From assembly GCA_036676495.1 (NCBI GenBank), contig JAKFCT010000102.1, positions 1 through 33,909 of the forward strand: a stretch of DNA of 33,909 nucleotides. The letters run 5' to 3'. This DNA comes from Candidatus Sericytochromatia bacterium (GTDB lineage Bacteria; Cyanobacteriota; Sericytochromatia; S15B-MN24; UBA4093). A program made the position numbers and the translations under genes. Below the pieces are notes generated by a model that had not been told where the DNA came from, made no database searches, and saw only the letters and a list, made by a program, of their open reading frames with translations. Shown in pieces: positions 24,007 to 33,909 of this stretch. How positions within the stretch are numbered: the first letter of the stretch is position 1; each line of letters opens with the position of its first letter.

Positions 24007-26796
24007 CTAGATCCAGGTGGGGAGCCAAAGGTGCATCCGGTAGAAGGCCTGCTCGATGGGCAGACCCGACCAGAGGGGGTACCAGAAGATGAACATGCCG
24101 ACGGCGGCGGCGAGGTAGGCGAAGGCCAGCACCTGGAAGTCGCGGTGGCGCCAGAGGCGGTCGACGAAGTACGCGATGGCGATGCAGGCGAAGGGGATCG
24201 TCTCGAACATGTAGTGCATGAAGACCAGCGAGCGCGGTTGCACGGCCCAGAGCAGGTAGAGTCCGAGGCCCATGGTGGAGAGGACCAGACCGGCCCAGAG
24301 CTTGCGGCGCCCGGCGAGCACGAGCATCCCGAAGAGGGCGGGGATGCTGGCCCACCAGATGGCGGGGTTGCCGATGGCGAGGATTCCGGCGATCTTGCCG
24401 CCGCCGACGTCCTGGAAGAAGTACCAGGTGGGCCGGTACATGAAGGGCCACTGGTACCAGGGCGAGGAGTAGTTGTGCGAGGCGTTCAGGTTGGCGTGAT
24501 AGCCCCACATGGCTTTTTGCAGCGTGAGGACCTCGCCGATGCCGTGTCCCTGCAGCATGTAGGGGATGTAGCTGAGGAGGTAGATGGCGGCCGGAATGCC
24601 CACGAAGTAGACGGCGCAGCGCCCCAGGAAGCCCGCCAGTTGCCACGGGGTCATGCGGGGAGTCGATAGGGGCTTCCACATGTGCCAGAAGAGGTGGTGC
24701 AGAAGCAGCAGGCCGACGAGCCCCCAGCCGTAGAGGGCGGTCCAGCGGGTTGCGAGCGCGCAGCCGAGCCCGAGGCCGGCCAGGACGAGCCAGCGCTCCT
24801 TGGTGGTCCGGGAGAATTCCCAGAGGCCGAGAGCGGCGACCACGAGGAAGCCGACGACGTAGATGTTGGTCATGGCGACGCGGCTCTGAACGAAGAAGAC
24901 GCCGTCGAGCGCGAGCAGGGTGGTGGCGATGGCCGCGATCCGGGTGCTGCCGAAGACGCGCCGCGAGAAGAGGTAGAAGACGCCCAGGGTGGCGGTGCCG
25001 GCCAGCAGGCTCACGATGCGCCAGCCGAAGGCGTCCATGCCGAACGCGGCGATGCCGAGGGCGGCCAGCAGCTTGGCCAGGGGCGGGTGGGTCCACTCGT
25101 AGGGGTTGATTCCCTTGAGGTACTCTTCGGCGGTGCGGGCGTGGTAGACCTCGTCGAAGATCTGCTCGGGCGGATAGCCGAGCCGGTAGAGGCCCAGCGC
25201 GAGGAAGGCGATGGCGATGCCGACGAGCCAGGCCCAATCGGCCCGGGACCATGCGGGCGCCGCCGGGATCGGGGCGGCACCTTCGGGAGCCGGGAGTGCG
25301 GTGACGGGCTGGCTTTCCGACAGGGCGGCGGCCTCCGCGGGGGTCGCGGAGTCGGAGGGGGTCTCCGGCTTGGGGGGAGTGTCCTCCGCTTCCGCCGACG
25401 GGGGGCCGAAGAGCACGCGACGCCAGCCGAGGCTGGGTTGTTGCATGGTTTCGCTGCGGCGGCCGAAGGTGTAGCCGAGGAGGTCTCCGAACATCCACAT
25501 GTTGGCGAGGACGATGCCGACGATGAGGGCCTGCATGACCCCGGGGGCGATCGCGTCGAAGAGGGGTTTGTGGTTATAGAGGATGAAGGCGTAGAGGACG
25601 TTGAGCAGGGCCGTGACGGTGAAGCCCCAGTAGGCGGTCGTCAGGTAGCGGTTGAAGCCGGACGCGAGGGCGAGGAAGGCGATCGCCGGGAAGATGTACC
25701 GTTCGTGCATGCGGGTGGGCAGCAGGAACATGCCGACCAGGAGGATGGCGGCGGCCAGGAAGATCGGCGCGGATCCCGCGTGGCGCTTCCGATAAAGGAA
25801 CAGGCCGATCCACCCCGACATCATCGCCACGAAGCTGATGCCCAGGACTTTATGGGGAATGCCCAGGATGGTGCGCGAGTCGGGGAGCCACATTCCCGTG
25901 GGAGCCCAGATGTTGAACGCGTTGATCGAGGAGTGGGGGTAGCCTTCCGCGGTGGCGATCATGCGCTCGTAGAGGAACTGGAAGGGGCCGACGAGGAGCT
26001 CGCCGAGTCCGAAGACCTCCTGGTGCGGGAAGAAGAAGGGCGCGACCATGGCCCAGACCACGGCGAGGCCGACGGGGATGGTGAGCGCCCAGCGGAGGGG
26101 CTTGTGGCGGAACCACTGGCTCAGGACGAAGAAGGGCGCGAGGAAGAGTCCCTGGGGCTTGAGCATGACGCCGGCGACGGCGAGGGCGGTGGCGCGCAGG
26201 AGGTTGCCCTTGAGCAGCAGCCAGGTCACCGTCAGCATCATGAGGGTGAGGACGCCGTCAATCTGGCCCCAGATGGCGGAGACGAAGAGGGCGAGCGGAT
26301 TGAAGGCGTAGACCATGGCGGCGCGATAGGCCGAGCGCATGGAGGTGCGGGTCTTGAGGATGAGCCAGATGAGCCAGGCGCAGGCGACGTCGGCGAGGGC
26401 GGCCGGCAGTTTCATCAGCCAGGTGAAGCCCATGCCTCCGGTTTGGGTCAGGCCAGGATCGACGACTTGCTGGAGCTTTCCCAGCCCCCAGAGCACGTAG
26501 AGGTAGCCTGGCGGGTAGTCGCACCACATGTTGGGGGCGGCATAGAAATTGCCGATGCCGTGCTGGACCAGCCCGACGCTCCAGGCCTTGAAGGTGTTGA
26601 GATCGGTCCAGAAGGCCATGGGGAGGGCCATCAGGACGAATCTCAGGATCAAGGCCGCAAGCAACCCGAGCAGGAGCCGGTTGCGATACTTGGCAAATAG
26701 CGGTGGATGGGCGGTTTCAGGGCTCATGGCTGCCAGTTTAACGTAAGGGGCTGGGGGAGACAAGTTGGAGGCCTCCTCGGGGGACGCGGGCGTCAC
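24007..26796 (-). CDS. fusion of two polytopic GT-C glycosyltransferases (Alg6/GT87-like plus protein O-mannosyltransferase GT39-like)
   Basis: N-half: DYPPGYLYVL, WGQID, HERY. Pro/Ala/Glu linker. C-half: IFDEVYH, HPPLAK, FGWR, HNYSSPWYQWP, GNPAIWW, FMHY. Start uncertain (26796, 26763 or 26727). Confidence 0.8.
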   Translation of the reverse strand: MTPASPEEASNLSPPAPYVKLAAMSPETAHPPLFAKYRNRLLLGLLAALILRFVLMALPMAFWTDLNTFKAWSVGLVQHGIGNFYAAPNMWCDYPPGYLYVLWGLGKLQQVVDPGLTQTGGMGFTWLMKLPAALADVACAWLIWLILKTRTSMRSAYRAAMVYAFNPLALFVSAIWGQIDGVLTLMMLTVTWLLLKGNLLRATALAVAGVMLKPQGLFLAPFFVLSQWFRHKPLRWALTIPVGLAVVWAMVAPFFFPHQEVFGLGELLVGPFQFLYERMIATAEGYPHSSINAFNIWAPTGMWLPDSRTILGIPHKVLGISFVAMMSGWIGLFLYRKRHAGSAPIFLAAAILLVGMFLLPTRMHERYIFPAIAFLALASGFNRYLTTAYWGFTVTALLNVLYAFILYNHKPLFDAIAPGVMQALIVGIVLANMWMFGDLLGYTFGRRSETMQQPSLGWRRVLFGPPSAEAEDTPPKPETPSDSATPAEAAALSESQPVTALPAPEGAAPIPAAPAWSRADWAWLVGIAIAFLALGLYRLGYPPEQIFDEVYHARTAEEYLKGINPYEWTHPPLAKLLAALGIAAFGMDAFGWRIVSLLAGTATLGVFYLFSRRVFGSTRIAAIATTLLALDGVFFVQSRVAMTNIYVVGFLVVAALGLWEFSRTTKERWLVLAGLGLGCALATRWTALYGWGLVGLLLLHHLFWHMWKPLSTPRMTPWQLAGFLGRCAVYFVGIPAAIYLLSYIPYMLQGHGIGEVLTLQKAMWGYHANLNASHNYSSPWYQWPFMYRPTWYFFQDVGGGKIAGILAIGNPAIWWASIPALFGMLVLAGRRKLWAGLVLSTMGLGLYLLWAVQPRSLVFMHYMFETIPFACIAIAYFVDRLWRHRDFQVLAFAYLAAAVGMFIFWYPLWSGLPIEQAFYRMHLWLPTWI

Positions 26797-27157
26797 TGGG
26801 GGGTGTTGAGGTCGGGGCGGAGGCGGACGGCGTCGCGCAGGTAGACATGCTGGATGCCGTCGGCCGGTAGGTCCGTGTAGGTATGCAGCAAGAGGCGGAC
26901 GCAGCGGGGCAACGAGCCGGGGACGGGGATTTCGCGGGCGTTGAGCAGGGGGACCTGGTTCCAGCCCATCTCGCGGGCGGCCTCCGCGGGGAAGACGGCG
27001 TCGAGGTCGGCGGTCATCGTGAAGATGGCGCTGACCATGTCGTCGAGGCTCAGGGAGTTGCGCTCGACGACGGCCTGGACGAGTTCGCGGGTGGCGGAGA
27101 GGATGCTCTCGCGGGTATTGGCCTCGACGGTGACGGCCCCGCGGATCGCCCGAACCC

Positions 27158-27161
<4 letters not shown>
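26793..27161 (-). CDS. aroH: chorismate mutase, AroH class
   Basis: [30 protein letters not shown]...[22 protein letters not shown]. Confidence 0.93.
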
Positions 27162-27880
<719 letters not shown>

Positions 27881-27977
27881 GGAGACCTCCTTATAGACTG
27901 GGCAGCGCCATTGTCGCATAAGACCGTCGATCGGTCGACGGGCGCGGTTCCCGGCGGCTAGATGATAGCGCCTGCGG

Positions 27978-29048
27978 CTAAATGATCAGCAGTTCGTAGT
28001 CGCGCTGGCCGAGCCCGAGGCTCTCGGCGTAAGCCAGAAGGTGCGTGGGATCCGCGCCGGGGGCGAGCTGGGCGAGCTTGTCGGGGGCGTTCGGATCGTT
28101 GAGGCGGGTGCCGGGCAGGCCGGGCTGCATGGTGAAGAAGTCGAGGGTGGCCTGGTCGAGCGCGACGGGGTCGCGCGAGGCGAGCACCCCGACGTCGGCG
28201 ATCACGGGGGCGTCCGAGAAGGGGGAGTCGTCTCCGTCGGGGGTGACGTCGAGCATGAGGTTGAAGAAGCAGGCCTTCTGGGCCTTGCCCTGCAGCGCGG
28301 CCAGGCAGGCCTCGGCGATCCGCTCCTGGCGTTCGGCGGCGGGGAGGAGGGCTCCCAGGCGGGTCTCGTCCTCGCAGCACGTCAGGCAGGCCTGTGAGGG
28401 AGCCTCGAGGAGCAGCTGGGAGGAGGCGTCGGCCATGGGGGCGCGGGGGGTGACCAGGCAGGAACCGCAGGAGGCGCAGTGCTCGGTGAGGGCGGCATGC
28501 GTCAGGAACGGGCGTCCCGCGCGGGTCACGGAGAGGTGGCCCAGGTGGTGAAGGGCGCCGGAGAGGGCGGTATGGGGGTTGACGGTGACGTGGTTGACCA
28601 CGATCAGGGCCTGCGAGCTCCAGAGGGCGCTGGCGACGGGCACGGTGTCGAGGTGTCGGCCGGCGATACGGACCGGGACGTGGTCGTGGCCCATGAGGCC
28701 GTCGGCGATGATGACGGGAGCTCCGAGGGTGGCTTCGGTGAAGCCGTGCTCGGTGGCGGTCATGAGGTGGGTGGTGGCATTCGAGCGGGGTCCGAGTCCG
28801 AGGGCGCCGGTGTCGGTGACGAAGGGGATGCTGCGGCGCTGGCGGACCTTGCGGATGATGCGCTTGAGGATTTCGGGGCGAACATGGGTGGTGTTGCCGC
28901 GTTCGCCGAAGCAGGTCTTGACGGCGACGAGGTCTCCTTCGGCGATCGCCTGTCCGAAGCCGGCCGTCTCGAAGAGCTGCTCAATCTTGTCGAGCAGGCC
29001 TCCGCCGCTGGTGGCCCGGCGCTGAGCGAAGTAGACCTCTGCAGTCAT
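27978..29048 (-). CDS. DUF362-family protein with Cys-rich insert (divergent)
   Basis: [56 protein letters not shown]. Confidence 0.75.
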   Translation of the reverse strand: MTAEVYFAQRRATSGGGLLDKIEQLFETAGFGQAIAEGDLVAVKTCFGERGNTTHVRPEILKRIIRKVRQRRSIPFVTDTGALGLGPRSNATTHLMTATEHGFTEATLGAPVIIADGLMGHDHVPVRIAGRHLDTVPVASALWSSQALIVVNHVTVNPHTALSGALHHLGHLSVTRAGRPFLTHAALTEHCASCGSCLVTPRAPMADASSQLLLEAPSQACLTCCEDETRLGALLPAAERQERIAEACLAALQGKAQKACFFNLMLDVTPDGDDSPFSDAPVIADVGVLASRDPVALDQATLDFFTMQPGLPGTRLNDPNAPDKLAQLAPGADPTHLLAYAESLGLGQRDYELLII

Positions 29049-29161
29049 TGGCTTCCCCTTCTACGGTGTGCGGGCGGCTTCGCCTGCGGCGGTTGAGCAC
29101 GGCAGCGAGCGTTGGTCTCGCCGGCTCCATGAAACGAGGCCTCGGGAGCCGGGCGTCACCA

Positions 29162-29170
29162 ATCTTAACA
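29162..29170 (-). promoter_or_regulatory. candidate extended -10 promoter for the DUF362 gene
   Basis: Minus-strand TGT-TAAGAT about 115 nt upstream of the ATG. Confidence 0.4.
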
Positions 29171-29331
29171 CGTTGACGGGGTTTCGGCAGCCAGGTCCTG
29201 GGCATAAGGCCCAATAGCGCAGCGTAGGGCTAGGTCCTGCGGTCGTGGGGCCGGTCTTCGCCCCGTGGCGCCGGGAATGCTCGGAAACGCGCGCACAGGG
29301 GAAGGCGCCCCATGCGGGGTCGGGCTTCGGC

Positions 29332-29360
29332 TTGACAGGCCTCCCCCATTCTGTTACTTA
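29332..29360 (+). promoter_or_regulatory. candidate sigma-70 promoter of the tetR-fad operon
   Basis: TTGACA-N17-TACTTA with TGn extension; the -10 is imperfect. Confidence 0.55.
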
Positions 29361-29363
29361 ACG

Positions 29364-29383
29364 GTTAGTGACCACTCACTAAC
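29364..29383. promoter_or_regulatory. probable TetR operator
   Basis: Perfect inverted repeat GTTAGTGA-CCAC-TCACTAAC overlapping the predicted transcription start, upstream of a tetR gene. Confidence 0.75.
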
Positions 29384-29448
29384 GATTGGTCCGGCGCCGC
29401 AGATGGCCCGAGGGGCCGTCGTCAAAACGAAGCGAGGAAAAGGAGCCC

Positions 29449-30171
29449 ATGGCGGGAGACGCGAAGGAGCGGCTTACGGCGGAGGAGCGGCGCGCCCAGA
29501 TCCTTCGGTGCGCGACGGCTGTCTTCGCTCGCTCGAACTACCGGGTGGCCGGCATGGCCGAGATCGCCAAGGAAGCCGGCATCTCCGAGCCCACGGTCTA
29601 CAAGCACTTCGACTCCAAGAAGCACCTCTTCCTGACCATCCTCGACAAGGTCGGCGCCAGCACCTTGCGCCACTGGGAAGAATTGGCCGAGCGCACGCCG
29701 GATGCCCTCGCCCTCTTGCGCCAGATCGGCCTTTCCCATTACGACGTCGTCCAGGCGCATCCCGACAGCCTCAAAATCCAGTTCCAGGCCCTCTCGGAGA
29801 CGGAGGACCAGGAGATTCGCGACACGCTCAAGCGCAACTTCGCCTCCTATGTCGACTTCATCGCCCGGGTGCTCTCGGAAGGCAAGGATCGCGGGCAGAT
29901 CCATGTCCAGGTGGACGTGCGAGCGGCGGCTTGGCAGATCCTTTCCATCGGCTTCACCCTCAACCTCACGTCGCTCTTGGGCTTCAACTCCGAGATGTCG
30001 CGCGAGACCCTCGAGGTGATGGGCGATACCCTCCTTTTGACGTTCGGGGCGGACGCCCCCTCGCTGGAAGCGCCTTCCCGGAAGGCCGGAATCCCGCTCG
30101 CGCCTGCGGCTGAACCGCAAGCAAGCGCAGCTGTCCTGAAGCAGAAACCCGCACGAAAGGAACTTGATTAA
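29449..30171 (+). CDS. TetR/AcrR-family transcriptional regulator (probable fatty-acid degradation repressor)
   Basis: RRAQIL..A..VF...Y....MAEIAKEAGISEPTVYKHFDSKKHLF HTH. ATG 29449 after AAGGAG; the stop overlaps the thiolase ATG. Confidence 0.9.
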   Translation: MAGDAKERLTAEERRAQILRCATAVFARSNYRVAGMAEIAKEAGISEPTVYKHFDSKKHLFLTILDKVGASTLRHWEELAERTPDALALLRQIGLSHYDVVQAHPDSLKIQFQALSETEDQEIRDTLKRNFASYVDFIARVLSEGKDRGQIHVQVDVRAAAWQILSIGFTLNLTSLLGFNSEMSRETLEVMGDTLLLTFGADAPSLEAPSRKAGIPLAPAAEPQASAAVLKQKPARKELD

Positions 30172-31367
30172 TGAAGGAAGTCGTCCTGATTGACGGGGTA
30201 CGGACCCCGTTCGGTAACTTCGGCGGAGCCCTCAAGGATCTGACCGCCCAAGAATTGGGCCGGCTGGTCATCGCCGAGCTGCTGAGCCGCAACCTCGTCT
30301 CGGCCGATCAGATCGAAGAGGTCATCATGGGCTGCTGCGGCCAGGCCTCCGACGCGACCAACATCGCCCGCGTCGCGGCGCTCAACGCCGGCGTGCCCAA
30401 GGAGGTCCCCGGCTACACCGTCCACCGCAACTGCGCCTCGGGCATGCAGGCCATCATCAACGGCTTCCAGAACATCGTCTCGGGAGATGCCGACATCCAG
30501 ATCGTCGGCGGCATGGAGTCCATGAGCTCCTATCCCTTCGTCAACCGCGACATGCGCTTCGGCAAGCGCATGCGCAACTCCGAGATGATCGACGCCCTCT
30601 GGGAAGGCCTCACCGATCCCGTTTGCAACCTGCTTATGGGCCAGACCGCCGAGAACCTGGTCGACGAGTACGGCATCAGCCGTGAGGAGCAGGATCAGTT
30701 CGCGGTCAACTCCCACAAGAAGGCCTTCAAGGCGGCCCGCTCGGGCGTCTTCAAGGACGAGCTGATGACCGTCAACGTCCCCAAGAAGGCCGCCGGCAAG
30801 GACGTCGCCCCCGAGCCCGTCTCGGCGGACGAAGGCCCCAACCCCGCCTTGTCGATGCAGATGCTCAGCATGTACCCGACCATCTTCAAGAAGGGCGGAA
30901 CCGTCACTCCCGGTAACGCCTGCGGCACCAACGACGGCGCGGCGGCCATCCTGACCATGAGCGCGGACAAGGCTTCCGAGCTCAGCCTCAAGCCGCTGGC
31001 CATCGTCCGCTCCTTTGCCCTTGCCGGCGTCGAGCCCGAGCGCATGGGCATCGCCCCGGCCCTCGCCATCCCCAAGGCCCTGAAGAAGGCCGGCCTCACC
31101 CTCGACCAGATGGACATCATCGAGATCAACGAGGCCTTCGCGGCCCAGGTGCTTTCCGTCGCGAAGGTGCTGGAGCTCGACATGGACAAACTGAACCCGA
31201 ACGGCGGCGCGATCGCCCTCGGCCACCCCGTGGGCACCTCCGGCGCCCGCCTCGCGCTCACCATGGCCAAGGAGCTGGCCCGTCGCGGGACCAAGTACGG
31301 CGTGGCCTCGCTCTGCATCGGCGGCGGTCAGGGGATCGCCATGGTCCTTGAGAACCCGAACGCGTAG
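30171..31367 (+). CDS. acetyl-CoA C-acyltransferase (thiolase)
   Basis: RTPFG, HRNCASG (catalytic Cys), GGMESMS, EINEAFA, NPNGGAIALGHPVG, LCIGGGQG. Confidence 0.95.
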   Translation: MKEVVLIDGVRTPFGNFGGALKDLTAQELGRLVIAELLSRNLVSADQIEEVIMGCCGQASDATNIARVAALNAGVPKEVPGYTVHRNCASGMQAIINGFQNIVSGDADIQIVGGMESMSSYPFVNRDMRFGKRMRNSEMIDALWEGLTDPVCNLLMGQTAENLVDEYGISREEQDQFAVNSHKKAFKAARSGVFKDELMTVNVPKKAAGKDVAPEPVSADEGPNPALSMQMLSMYPTIFKKGGTVTPGNACGTNDGAAAILTMSADKASELSLKPLAIVRSFALAGVEPERMGIAPALAIPKALKKAGLTLDQMDIIEINEAFAAQVLSVAKVLELDMDKLNPNGGAIALGHPVGTSGARLALTMAKELARRGTKYGVASLCIGGGQGIAMVLENPNA

Positions 31368-31380
31368 AGGAGAGAATCGA

Positions 31381-33429
31381 ATGGCATTGGAAACTCAGAA
31401 CCGCCCCGCCATCACCGCCAAGCCCCTGCCGATCTTCAAGGTCGGCGTGGTGGGCGGCGGCGCGATGGGCGGCGGGATCGCCCAGGTGGTCTCGAATGCG
31501 GGCTTGCCGGTGGTGATCAAGGACATCAACCAGGACGCCGTGGACAAGGGCATCGCCTCCGCCCGCAAGACCTACGAGAGCCGCGTCAAGAAGGGCAAGA
31601 TGTCCGCTTCCGAGATGGAGCAGAAGATGGCGCTCGTCTCCGGGACCACCTCCTGGGACGGCTTCGATGACTGCGACCTCGTGATCGAGGCCGTCACCGA
31701 GAAGATGGACGTCAAGAAGGCCGTCTTCAAGGAGCTGGACCAGGTCGTCCAGAAGTCGGCCATCCTGGCCACCAACACCTCGGCCCTTTCGGTCTCCGAG
31801 CTTGCCGCCGTCACCTCGCGTCCCGACAAGGTCGCCGGCCTTCACTTCTTCAACCCCGCTCCGGTCATGAAGCTGGTCGAGGTCATCCGCGCCGAGCAAA
31901 GCTCGGACGAGACCATCGCCACCCTGCTCTCCTTCTGCCAGGACGCTCGGAAGTACCCGGTGCTGGTCAAGGACGGCGCCGGCTTCCTGGTCAACCGCCT
32001 GCTCTTGGCGTCCTTCAACGAGGCCGTCAAGGCCCTCGAGGAGGGCGCGGCTCCGGCCGAGCAGATCGACATGATCGTGCCCTCCAACGGCTTCCCGATG
32101 GGCCCCTTCGTCCTCGCGGACATGCTCGGCGTCGAGGTCTGCTCGGAGGTCGTCCACACCCTGAACGCCGCCTTCGGCGATCGCTTCAAGCCCACCGAGC
32201 TCTTGGACTGGCTCGTCGCCGAGGGCCGCTGGGGCCAGAAGCGCGGTGCGGGCTTCTACTCGTACGGCGAGGGCGATGACTCGGTCGTCAAGGCCAAGAT
32301 CGCGGAGATCTCGGGCAAGTACCAGGGCGAGAAGCTTCCCTTCGAGGTCGACCGCTTCATCCTGCCGATGATCAACGAGGCCGCCATCATCCTGGAGGAG
32401 GGCGGCGCCAGCCTCGAGGACGTCGACCCCGCCATGCAGATGGGCACCGGCATGGGCCGCGGCCCGCTCGCCGTGGCCGACCAGATGGGCATCGACACGG
32501 TCGTGGAGCGCCTCGAGTTCTACGCCTCCAAGCTGGGCGATCGCTTCACTCCGGCCCCCCTGCTCAAGCGCATGGTCGCCGAAGGCAAGCTGGGCGTGAA
32601 GTCCGGCCAGGGCTTCCACAAGCACGAGGCCCAGGCCGAAGGCGCCAAGGTGCGGCAGTTCATCAAGGTCGACCGTGACGAGGCCGTCGCCATCCTCACC
32701 GTCGACAACCCGCCCGCCAACGCCCTCAACTCCAAGGTGATCATGGAGCTCAACGACGTGATCGAAGAGCTCGACGCCGACGACACCGTCAAGGCGCTCG
32801 TCCTCACCGGCGGCGGCACCATGGCCTTCATCGCCGGCGCGGACATCAAGGAGATCGCGGAAATCGCCCCCGGGAAGGAAGCCGAGGAACTCGCGAGCCG
32901 TGGTCAGGTCGTCTTCAGCCGCATGGAGGCGATGAAGAAGCCCGTGATCGCCGCCATCAACGGCTTCTGCCTGGGCGGCGGCAACGAGCTCGCCATGGCC
33001 TGCCATATCCGCATTGCCTCGGACAAGGCGAAGTTCGGCCAGCCCGAGATCAACCTGGGCTTGATCCCCGGGTTCGGCGGCACGCAGCGGCTTCCGCGGA
33101 TCATCGGGTACGCGAATGCCACCGAGTGGCTGCTGACGGGGGATATGTACACCGCTCAGCAGGCGCTGCGCGTGGGCCTGGTCCAGAAGGTGGTCCCGGC
33201 GGGAGATGAACTGAATCAAGCGGTGGCGCTCGCCAAGAAGATTGCCACCAAGGGCCGCCTCGCCATCCAGTACACCATGGAGGCCGTCTACGAGGGTCTC
33301 AACAAGGACATCAAGGACGCCCTCAAGGTCGAAGCCAAGTACTTCGGCAAGGTCTCGGGGACCGAGGACAAGAAGATCGGAGTCTCCGCCTTCATCACCA
33401 AGCAGCAACCCAAGTTCGTCGATCGGTAA
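31381..33429 (+). CDS. bifunctional 3-hydroxyacyl-CoA dehydrogenase / enoyl-CoA hydratase (HAD first, crotonase last)
   Basis: GGGAMGGGIA, IEAVTE, ATNTSAL, GLHFFNPA, two helical HAD-C repeats (PMGPF.LAD, GPLAVAD), then NPPANAL, AGADIKE, GGGNEL, QPEINLGLIPGFGGTQRL. Confidence 0.92.
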   Translation: MALETQNRPAITAKPLPIFKVGVVGGGAMGGGIAQVVSNAGLPVVIKDINQDAVDKGIASARKTYESRVKKGKMSASEMEQKMALVSGTTSWDGFDDCDLVIEAVTEKMDVKKAVFKELDQVVQKSAILATNTSALSVSELAAVTSRPDKVAGLHFFNPAPVMKLVEVIRAEQSSDETIATLLSFCQDARKYPVLVKDGAGFLVNRLLLASFNEAVKALEEGAAPAEQIDMIVPSNGFPMGPFVLADMLGVEVCSEVVHTLNAAFGDRFKPTELLDWLVAEGRWGQKRGAGFYSYGEGDDSVVKAKIAEISGKYQGEKLPFEVDRFILPMINEAAIILEEGGASLEDVDPAMQMGTGMGRGPLAVADQMGIDTVVERLEFYASKLGDRFTPAPLLKRMVAEGKLGVKSGQGFHKHEAQAEGAKVRQFIKVDRDEAVAILTVDNPPANALNSKVIMELNDVIEELDADDTVKALVLTGGGTMAFIAGADIKEIAEIAPGKEAEELASRGQVVFSRMEAMKKPVIAAINGFCLGGGNELAMACHIRIASDKAKFGQPEINLGLIPGFGGTQRLPRIIGYANATEWLLTGDMYTAQQALRVGLVQKVVPAGDELNQAVALAKKIATKGRLAIQYTMEAVYEGLNKDIKDALKVEAKYFGKVSGTEDKKIGVSAFITKQQPKFVDR

Positions 33430-33437
33430 GGGAACTC

Positions 33438-33461
33438 GGCGCGGAGCCCTTGCTCCGCGCC
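33438..33461 (+). other. intercistronic GC-rich hairpin without U-tract
   Basis: GGCGCGGAGC-CCTT-GCTCCGCGCC, perfect 10-bp stem; possible mRNA stabilising or processing element. Confidence 0.5.
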
Positions 33462-33480
33462 CCAACAAAGGAGAGAAACC

Positions 33481-33909
33481 ATGGAGTTGTTCTTCAGCGA
33501 AGAGCAGAAAATGCTTCGCCAGATGGCCCGCGAGTTCGTCGACCGCGAGGTTCGTCCCCTTGCCGATAAGCACGACAAGGAAGAGCATATCGACCGTGAC
33601 ATCATGGTCAAGATGGCCGAGCAGGGCTTCCTGGGCGGCACCATCCCCGAAGAGTACGGCGGCTCGAACCTTGGCAAGGTCGGGTTCTGCATGATCGGCG
33701 AGGAAGTCGGCCGCGTCGATTCGAGCCTCGGCGTCACCATGGGCGCCCACTCGGGCATCGGCACCTACGGCATCGTCCTCGACGGTACCGAGGAGCAGAA
33801 GGCCAAGTACCTGCCCAAGATCGCCTCGGGTGAGATGATCGCCGCCTTCGCCCTCACCGAGCCCGGCGCCGGCTCCGACGCCGCCGCCATCAAGACCCGC
33901 GCCGAGCGC
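33481..33909 (+). CDS. acyl-CoA dehydrogenase (5' part; runs off the window)
   Basis: Hand translation MELFFSEEQKMLRQMAREF...IPEEYGG...GTEEQKAKYLP...AFALTEPGAGSDA. SD AAGGAG. Absent from the ORF track because no stop lies in the window. Confidence 0.93.
   Translation, partial: MELFFSEEQKMLRQMAREFVDREVRPLADKHDKEEHIDRDIMVKMAEQGFLGGTIPEEYGGSNLGKVGFCMIGEEVGRVDSSLGVTMGAHSGIGTYGIVLDGTEEQKAKYLPKIASGEMIAAFALTEPGAGSDAAAIKTRAER

Noticed and set aside
21117-25498. Apparent long N-terminal extensions of mlaD (658 aa), mlaF (529 aa) and tgt (883 aa), suggesting fusions or frameshifts
   Set aside because: Each gene has its own SD and start codon, and the extensions are off-frame reads of the upstream gene
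29170-29330. Possible riboswitch or small ORF (28981-29214 -, 29265-30113 +) in the divergent intergenic region
   Set aside because: Only isolated short matches to riboswitch words; the ORFs overlap promoter elements or real genes and lack SDs or motifs

Overview
GC-rich bacterial chromosomal window of core and envelope genes, with no mobile element, CRISPR array, tRNA or rRNA visible. Plus strand: rpsF-ssb-rpsR, pheS-pheT, a Pro-rich protein ending in a Roadblock/LC7 (MglB-like) domain, pilB-pilT-pilC, and a SigF/SigB-type sigma factor. Minus strand, in transcription order: DUF362 protein, rph, aroH, a double GT-C glycosyltransferase fusion, tgt, then a tightly coupled 7-gene unit, then two paralogous lipoproteins. 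The 7-gene unit is mlaE, mlaF, mlaD (long, probable C-terminal beta-barrel), a 1744-aa Ser/Thr kinase-STAND ATPase-TPR-GAF-GAF-GGDEF protein, a signal-peptide-bearing YidD-like protein and two exported TPR/TM2-like proteins. The right end holds a TetR-controlled beta-oxidation operon (thiolase, HAD-ECH fusion, truncated acyl-CoA dehydrogenase). Gene content suggests a diderm Terrabacteria lineage, possibly a non-photosynthetic relative of Cyanobacteria (inference). The best candidates for undescribed systems are (1) the Mla / kinase-STAND-diguanylate cyclase / exported YidD / TPR envelope operon and (2) the Roadblock-scaffold / pilBTC / SigF pilus control locus. All calls come from motifs read by eye; no searches were run.
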